Source: an uncultured Flavobacteriales bacterium (GTDB lineage Bacteria; Bacteroidota; Bacteroidia; Flavobacteriales; BACL11). Taken from it: DNA of 64,000 nt. Position numbers and translations under genes: made by a program. The stretch's first letter is position 1; every line of letters begins with the position of its first letter. Under the pieces are notes generated by a model. That model did no database searches and was not told the origin of the DNA. It saw only the letters and a program-made list of their open reading frames with translations. The DNA lies in contig CAXFOB010000039.1 of assembly GCA_964004625.1 (NCBI GenBank), positions 12,727-76,726 on the forward strand. Reading direction: 5' to 3'. Positions 57,941 through 64,000 of the stretch are shown piece after piece.

Positions 57941-58207
57941 TTAGTTTTCTTTTTTGGAGTAAAGAATAGCAAATATATTTAAAATAAATCCGCTTACAAT
58001 TAGAATAGGAGCAAGTGTAATTCTCTGGAAATTAAACATTTCTTTATTATGAATAGTAGGGTCTTCTGTCCCCCCCCCCTGCATAAAGAATAATCCAATA
58101 ATTATAAATAAAACACCTATTCCTAATAAAATATAATTGTGTTTTGTGAATGCAAATTTTGTGTTAGTATTTTCTCTCATAATTTTAATTATAAAGTTCG
58201 TTTTCAT
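57941..58207 (-). CDS. DUF3098-like small membrane protein
   Basis: 88 aa, two TM helices. Conserved slot between ftsX and uppP in Bacteroidota (from memory). An alternative ATG at 58180 would remove the overlap with ftsX. Confidence 0.6.
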   Translation of the reverse strand: MKTNFIIKIMRENTNTKFAFTKHNYILLGIGVLFIIIGLFFMQGGGTEDPTIHNKEMFNFQRITLAPILIVSGFILNIFAILYSKKEN

Positions 58208-59081
58208 TTAAATTTAAATATTTTCTGACAGCAAAAAACGTAGATATCCAAGAAATTATCATCCCAAAAATAAGTATTAGACCAAAAATGAATGCTAAAT
58301 CTAATACTTCATTTGTTTGTATAAAATCCGGTATTTGTTTTTTTAATGTTTCTATACTGGCAATAAGCATAAATATTGCTAGTATAGAGCTAAAAAACCC
58401 CTGATATAAACTACTAAGTAAATAAGGTTTCTGAATAAAGAAACTAGTTGCTCCTACCAGTCTCATAGTTCTGATTAACAATCTTTTAGAATATATTGCT
58501 AGTCGGATAGTATTATTAATTAATGCAAAAGAAATCAGAAAAAACATGATACAAAAAACAAGTAAGAACAAACTTACATTCCTCACATTTCTATTTAATT
58601 TTTCTACTAAATTCTTTTGATAAAAGATGTCTTGTACTACAGAAGCCCCCTTGTAATTATAAATATAGCTCTCTATTTCTTCAAGTCCATTTGCAGAAAC
58701 AAATTTTGCTTGTACATTTGCATCATACGAATCTAATAGAGGATTACTTTCTAATACTGAAGAGAAATCTTCTCCAAGATCTTCTGTCAGATTTTCAAAG
58801 GCTTCTTCTTTATTAGTAAATAGAACGTCTTTAAAATAAGGAGTGTTTTTCAAATAATTCTCAAATTCTAATCTTTTATTCTCTGAAATTTCAACACTCT
58901 CGTTTTCAGAATTATTTTGTAGCATTATTGTAAATACAATACTTTCCTTCATTCTATCCGATACTTTTTTAGCGTTTATAAGAACAAAGGCTAAAAGACC
59001 AACAACAAATAATACTAGTGATAAACTGATAATAGTAGACGCTCCAGAGGAAAATCCTTTTTTAGAAATTAATTTTTTCAT
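58185..59081 (-). CDS. ftsX: cell division protein FtsX-like permease
   Basis: 298 aa. One N-terminal TM helix, a large extracytoplasmic loop, and three C-terminal TM helices with the ...MRLVGAT..FI..P motif. Confidence 0.8.
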   Translation of the reverse strand: MKKLISKKGFSSGASTIISLSLVLFVVGLLAFVLINAKKVSDRMKESIVFTIMLQNNSENESVEISENKRLEFENYLKNTPYFKDVLFTNKEEAFENLTEDLGEDFSSVLESNPLLDSYDANVQAKFVSANGLEEIESYIYNYKGASVVQDIFYQKNLVEKLNRNVRNVSLFLLVFCIMFFLISFALINNTIRLAIYSKRLLIRTMRLVGATSFFIQKPYLLSSLYQGFFSSILAIFMLIASIETLKKQIPDFIQTNEVLDLAFIFGLILIFGMIISWISTFFAVRKYLNLNENELYN

Positions 59082-59130
59082 AATTTTTTGCTAAAATAAA
59101 AAATACAAATTACTAATTGATGTTATTCCT

Positions 59131-59138
59131 TAACTTTG
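59131..59138 (+). promoter_or_regulatory. -7 box TAacTTTG, 22 nt upstream of leuS
   Basis: Exact TAnnTTTG in the 79-nt divergent spacer. Confidence 0.45.
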
Positions 59139-59160
59139 CAACTTTAAAAATATTATTTTA

Positions 59161-61929
59161 ATGGAATATAACTTTTCTGAAATAGAAAAAAAGTGGCAGC
59201 ATTTTTGGAGAGAAAATGAAACCTATAAAGTTTCAGTAGATAAGAATAAAGAAAAATATTATGTATTAGATATGTTCCCTTATCCTTCAGGCGCAGGGCT
59301 GCATGTAGGACATCCATTAGGGTATATTGCTTCCGACATTTTTGCTAGATATAAAAGATTAAAAGGGTTTAATGTTTTGCATCCAATGGGATACGATTCG
59401 TTCGGATTACCAACTGAGCAATATGCTATTCAAACGGGTATTCACCCGGCAGTTGCTACAAAAGATAATACGGAAAGATATAGAAAACAATTGGATAAAA
59501 TTGGGTTTTCGTTTGATTGGAGTAGAGAAGTTCAAACCTCAGATCCTAATTATTATAAATGGACACAATGGATTTTTAAACAATTATTTCAGTCGTACTA
59601 TTGTAAATTAGAAGATAAAGCTATGCCCATTACCGATCTGATAGCATATTTTGAGAAGAGTGGAAACATAAAATCAAGAGCAGTTTGTGATGAAGACACT
59701 CCTCAATTTTCAGAATCAGACTGGAAAACTTTTAACAAAAAAGAAAAGAAGGATATTTTACAAAAATATAGGTTAGCATTTTTGTCGGACACATGGGTAA
59801 ATTGGTGTGAAGGATTGGGAACCGTACTGGCAAATGATGAGGTGAAAGATGGTCTTTCAGAAAGAGGTGGTTTCCCGGTAGAACAAAAATTAATGAAGCA
59901 ATGGTCTCTCAGGATTACAGCTTATGCAGATAGATTAATTTCAGGCTTAGATTCTGTAGATTGGTCTGATTCCATAAAAGAGATTCAGAGGAATTGGATA
60001 GGTAGATCAAAAGGAGTATCAGTTCATTTTGATTTGGAAAATTCTGTTAAAAAAATAGAGGTTTTTACTACTCGTCCTGACACGATATTTGGAGTAAACT
60101 TTATAGTTTTAGCTCCAGAGCATGATCTTGTTTTTGAACTAACAACGACTGAACAAAAAAGAGAGGTAGAAGATTATGTAAATACTACAAAATTAAAGTC
60201 TGAAAGAGAAAGACAAGCTGACAAAAGTGTTAGTGGTGTATTTACTGGGTCATATGCAATACATCCTTTTACTAGAGAAAAAGTTCAAGTTTGGATAGGA
60301 GAATATGTGTTAGCAACTTACGGAACAGGAGCGGTTATGGCGGTTCCTTGTGGAGATCAAAGGGATTGGGATTTTGCAACTCATTTTGGATTAAAGATTA
60401 TCAACATATTTGAAGATGTTGATGTTAGCGAAAAAGCAAATGAAGATAAAGATGTTACTATTGCAAATTCAGATTTCTTAAATGGATTAAAAGTTCCAAA
60501 GGCCATGAGTTTAGCAATTTATAAAATTGAAGAAGCGGGTTTTGGAAAGGGGAAAATAAATTATCGATTAAGAGATACAATTTTTAGCAGGCAAAGGTAT
60601 TGGGGAGAGCCATTTCCTGTTTATTATAAGGAAGAAACAGCTTATGTTTTAGACAATGACAAATATGTTACTTTACCCCCGGTTAACAAGTACTTACCAA
60701 CTTCAACAGGAGAGCCTCCGCTTGCAAGAGCAAAAAAAGAAGATTGGAATGTATTTGAAGGAGATAGGATGGAGACTAATATTATGCCAGGGTGGGCAGG
60801 AAGTTCTTGGTACTTTCTTAGATATATGGATCCAAATAATGATGGAGAATTTTGCGCAAAAGAAAAATCAAATTATTGGGATCAAGTAGATTTGTATATA
60901 GGTGGAGCAGAACATGCAGTTGGTCATTTGTTATACTCTCGTTTCTGGACAAAATTTTTATTTGACAGGGGTTTTATAGGATTTGATGAACCTTTCAAAA
61001 AAATGATAAATCAGGGAATGATTTTAGGAAGATCCAACTTTGTATATAGAATAAAAGACACAAATACTTTTGTAAGTTTTGATAAAAGGCAGGAGTATAA
61101 AACAACACGATTACATGTGGATATCAATTTCGTTGATAACGACATTTTGGACATTGAAGCTTTTAAAAATTGGAGAAAAGAATATACTGAAGCAGAGTTT
61201 ATATTAAATGAAGACGGAAAATATATTTGTGGGTATGAAGTAGAAAAAATGTCAAAATCAAAATATAATATACAGACACCAGATGAGTTAGTTGATAAAT
61301 TTGGCGCAGATACTTTACGTTTGTATGAAATGTTTTTGGGCCCCTTAGAACAATTTAAACCATGGGACACAAAAGGAATTAATGGTGTACATAATTTCCT
61401 TAGAAAATTTTGGAGGCTGGTTCATGATGAAGATAACAACTTTGTCATTTCAGAAGAAAAACCATCAACAGAAAACTACAAAACATTACACAAAACCATT
61501 AAAAAAGTAGCAGAAGAAATTGAAAGACACTCCTTTAATACAGTGGTTAGTACATTTATGATTTGTATAAATGAATTAACTGAACAAAAATGTAATTCCA
61601 GAGAAATAATTTCTGACTTTACAATTTTGCTTTCTTCATATGCTCCACATATTGCTGAAGAAATTTGGGAGAGTTTGGGGAATTTAACTTCTGTCACAAC
61701 TGCAAAATTCCCAGCGTTTGACTCTAAATATTTACTAGAGGATGAGGTCAATTACCCTGTTTCGTTTAATGGTAAGATGAGATTTAAAATTACTTTGCCT
61801 GCTGACATGTCAAAGGATGAAGTAGAAGCTCAGGTGATGAAACATGAGAAAACAAATCATTATTTGGGTGGAGGGTCTCCTAAAAAAATAATAGTAGTTC
61901 CTAAACGAATTGTAAATATTGTAATGTAA
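59161..61929 (+). CDS. leuS: leucine--tRNA ligase
   Basis: 922 aa. HIGH-type motif PYPSGAGLHVGHPLGY and KMSKS. Confidence 0.97.
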   Translation: MEYNFSEIEKKWQHFWRENETYKVSVDKNKEKYYVLDMFPYPSGAGLHVGHPLGYIASDIFARYKRLKGFNVLHPMGYDSFGLPTEQYAIQTGIHPAVATKDNTERYRKQLDKIGFSFDWSREVQTSDPNYYKWTQWIFKQLFQSYYCKLEDKAMPITDLIAYFEKSGNIKSRAVCDEDTPQFSESDWKTFNKKEKKDILQKYRLAFLSDTWVNWCEGLGTVLANDEVKDGLSERGGFPVEQKLMKQWSLRITAYADRLISGLDSVDWSDSIKEIQRNWIGRSKGVSVHFDLENSVKKIEVFTTRPDTIFGVNFIVLAPEHDLVFELTTTEQKREVEDYVNTTKLKSERERQADKSVSGVFTGSYAIHPFTREKVQVWIGEYVLATYGTGAVMAVPCGDQRDWDFATHFGLKIINIFEDVDVSEKANEDKDVTIANSDFLNGLKVPKAMSLAIYKIEEAGFGKGKINYRLRDTIFSRQRYWGEPFPVYYKEETAYVLDNDKYVTLPPVNKYLPTSTGEPPLARAKKEDWNVFEGDRMETNIMPGWAGSSWYFLRYMDPNNDGEFCAKEKSNYWDQVDLYIGGAEHAVGHLLYSRFWTKFLFDRGFIGFDEPFKKMINQGMILGRSNFVYRIKDTNTFVSFDKRQEYKTTRLHVDINFVDNDILDIEAFKNWRKEYTEAEFILNEDGKYICGYEVEKMSKSKYNIQTPDELVDKFGADTLRLYEMFLGPLEQFKPWDTKGINGVHNFLRKFWRLVHDEDNNFVISEEKPSTENYKTLHKTIKKVAEEIERHSFNTVVSTFMICINELTEQKCNSREIISDFTILLSSYAPHIAEEIWESLGNLTSVTTAKFPAFDSKYLLEDEVNYPVSFNGKMRFKITLPADMSKDEVEAQVMKHEKTNHYLGGGSPKKIIVVPKRIVNIVM

Positions 61930-62063
61930 TGAAAACAAAAGTGAGAATAACCAAGGAGTTTAAATTGGAGATTTACACTTTATATGTAGAATGGAATACT
62001 AATCCTGCTTTTTAATATAGAATCAGTATAAATTTTAATGGGATTGAAAATTATACTAAAAAT

Positions 62064-62085
62064 GATAGTATTCATAGATAGTATT
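62064..62085. repeat. direct repeat GATAGTATT-cata-GATAGTATT abutting the coxB -7 box
   Basis: Identical 9-mers at 62064-62072 and 62077-62085 (13-bp period). They end 3 nt before the TAnnTTTG box. Confidence 0.6.
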
Positions 62086-62088
62086 TTC

Positions 62089-62096
62089 TATTTTTG
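62089..62096 (+). promoter_or_regulatory. -7 box TAttTTTG, 20 nt upstream of coxB
   Basis: Exact TAnnTTTG in the 187-nt spacer. Confidence 0.45.
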
Positions 62097-62116
62097 CACC
62101 CGTAAAATTTTAAAAA

Positions 62117-63097
62117 ATGACGAACCTATTAATTATTCTAATTGCCTTCCTGGTAATCGCAACATTAGTTCAAATCTTAAGAGTTGGAGAATTATTATCT
62201 GAAGTTAGAAATCTGGATGTAAATAAAGTCACCGAAAAAGACAATAAAACACAATCTTTCTTGATGGGGTCGGTTGGAATTCTGTTTTTAGTCTCTTGTG
62301 TCTGGCAGTATTTTTCTTGGGAACACTTAATGTTACCTGCAGCTAGTTCGGAGCATGGTGTTACTATTGATAAATTAATGGCATTTACAATGATTTTAAT
62401 AATTGTTGTATTTTTTATTCTTCATATAATCTTATTTTATTTTCTTTATAAATACAGAAAAGGAGATCATAATGATGTAGCTTATTATTATCCTCATAAC
62501 AATAAATTAGAATTAATTTGGACTATTGCTCCTACTATTGTTCTTACTGTAGTTATTTTATATGGATTAAGTGTGTGGGATCAAATTACCAATGCTGACA
62601 CTAGTAAGTCTCAAGTTATAGAGGTTTACGGAAAACAATTTGATTGGATGGCTAGGTATCCTGGTGAAGACGAAACTTTGGGTTCTTATAATTATAAGTT
62701 GGTTCAAGGATTAAATGCATTAGGTGTTGATATGCAAGATGAAGCTTCTTTAGACGATAAGTTGACTAGAGAATTACATTTAGTAGTGGATGAGCCAGTC
62801 TTATTAAAGTTGAGATCACAGGATATTATTCATTCTGCTTTTTTACCACATTTTAGAGTTCAAATGAATTGTGTGCCGGGTATGAGTACTCAATTTGCAT
62901 TTACACCAACTAAAACAACTTCTGAAATGAAAGAACAAGAGGGGGATAGTTTCGAATATGTTTTATTATGTAATAAAATTTGTGGTGCTGCCCATTATAA
63001 TATGCAAATGAAAGTTGTTGTAGAAACACAAGAGGAATATGACAATTGGTTGTCTCAAAAAAACACATTGTCGGAAAAATTAATAACCAAAAAATAA
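62117..63097 (+). CDS. coxB: cytochrome c oxidase subunit II
   Basis: 326 aa. TM helices, then a cupredoxin domain with the CuA site HSAF...C.K.CGAAHYNM. Confidence 0.9.
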   Translation: MTNLLIILIAFLVIATLVQILRVGELLSEVRNLDVNKVTEKDNKTQSFLMGSVGILFLVSCVWQYFSWEHLMLPAASSEHGVTIDKLMAFTMILIIVVFFILHIILFYFLYKYRKGDHNDVAYYYPHNNKLELIWTIAPTIVLTVVILYGLSVWDQITNADTSKSQVIEVYGKQFDWMARYPGEDETLGSYNYKLVQGLNALGVDMQDEASLDDKLTRELHLVVDEPVLLKLRSQDIIHSAFLPHFRVQMNCVPGMSTQFAFTPTKTTSEMKEQEGDSFEYVLLCNKICGAAHYNMQMKVVVETQEEYDNWLSQKNTLSEKLITKK

Positions 63098-63102
63098 TAC
63101 AA

Positions 63103-64000
63103 GATGTCAGACCATCATAATGAAACATTTATTTCTAAGTACATTTTTAGTTTAGATCATAAAATGATTGCTAAGCAATTCCTAATCACTGGTATGTTTA
63201 TGGGTGTTGTAGGAATGCTTATGTCTATTTTGTTTCGTCTTCAATTATCTAATCCAGGGGAATCGTTTGCAATTTTAGAATGGTTTTTAGGAGACAAATG
63301 GGCTCCAGGTGGGGTCTTAGATCCAAATATGTATTTAGCCTTAGTTACAATGCATGGGACTATTTTGATATTCTGGGTGCTTACCGCGGGTTTAACAGGC
63401 ACATTTGCAAATTTTTTGATTCCTTTACAAATTGGAGCCAGAGATATGGCTTCAGGGTTTATAAATATGTTGTCATATTGGTTCTTTTTTGCCGCTACCG
63501 TTGTATTGTTAATCTCATTATTTGTTGAAACAGGTCCAGCCTCAGCGGGATGGACTATTTACCCACCATTATCTGCATTGCCTCAAGCTATTCCTGGTTC
63601 AGGATTAGGTCAAGATTTATGGTTAATTTCTATGACACTATTTATTGTGTCATCTTTATTAGGAGGATTAAACTATATTGTAACTATTCTTAATTTACGG
63701 ACAAAAGGAATGAGTATGAGTAGACTTCCTTTAACAATGTGGGCTTTATTAATTGTAGCTATACTGGGAGTTTTGTCGTTTCCAGTTTTATTATCAGCTT
63801 CTTTATTACTTATATTTGACAGAAGTTTTGGGACATCCTTTTACTTATCAGACATTGTAATTGGAGGAGAAGCCTTGCATCATACGGGTGGATCCCCTAT
63901 ATTATTTGAACACCTTTTTTGGTTTTTAGGGCATCCAGAGGTTTACATTATTTTGTTACCAGCGCTTGGAATAGTTTCCGAAATTATTTCAGTAAATTCT
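63103..64000 (+). CDS. ctaD: cytochrome c oxidase subunit I (partial; continues past the window end; absent from the ORF track)
   Basis: My translation from ATG 63103 is open to the window end: MSDHHNETFISKYIFSLDHKMIAKQF...TMHGTILIFWV...GWTIYPPLS...LFWFLGHPEVYIILLPALG. These are the canonical heme-copper oxidase subunit I blocks. Confidence 0.95.

Noticed and set aside
1-64000. CRISPR arrays, rRNA, riboswitches, transposases, integrases
   Set aside because: I saw no regularly spaced repeats, and no spacer is long enough to hold a structured RNA other than 61930-62116. No ORF carries transposase or integrase motifs. A covariance-model scan (Infernal/Rfam) would be needed to exclude small ncRNAs formally.

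Overview
AT-rich window (about 30% G+C by eye), very tightly packed. By my tally of the gaps only about 1.6 kb of 64 kb is non-coding. It looks like a Bacteroidota, Flavobacteriia-type chromosome: T9SS C-terminal sorting domains, TAnnTTTG -7 promoter boxes, and typical neighbourhoods (dut/TPR/DUF4292/EnvC-like; ftsX/DUF3098/uppP/truB; DUF4271/hemD). Most of the window is core housekeeping: atpF'-atpH-atpA-atpG, gatA, gltX, glyQS, leuS, mnmG, ybeY, recO, recJ, dnaG, rlmN, queA, truB, ispD, alr, tdk, rsmI and coxB, plus a ctaD that runs off the window end and is missing from the ORF track. The only clearly accessory stretch is 22.0-27.2 kb. It holds a tRNA-Arg(UCG), then relic repeats and a relic gene fragment. 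Next comes a translationally coupled pair: an 86-aa phage-type (DUF5681-like) protein and a very low-GC 470-aa orphan with an EF-hand-like loop. Two secreted proteins sharing a short non-canonical C-terminal tag follow. That tRNA-flanking islet is my best candidate for something undescribed, but I cannot assign it a function from sequence alone. Other observations: apparently leaderless promoter geometry at several genes, G/C homopolymer tracts inside genes, convergent genes with overlapping stop codons, and a methyltransferase coupled to mnmG. I saw no CRISPR array, rRNA, transposase or integrase.
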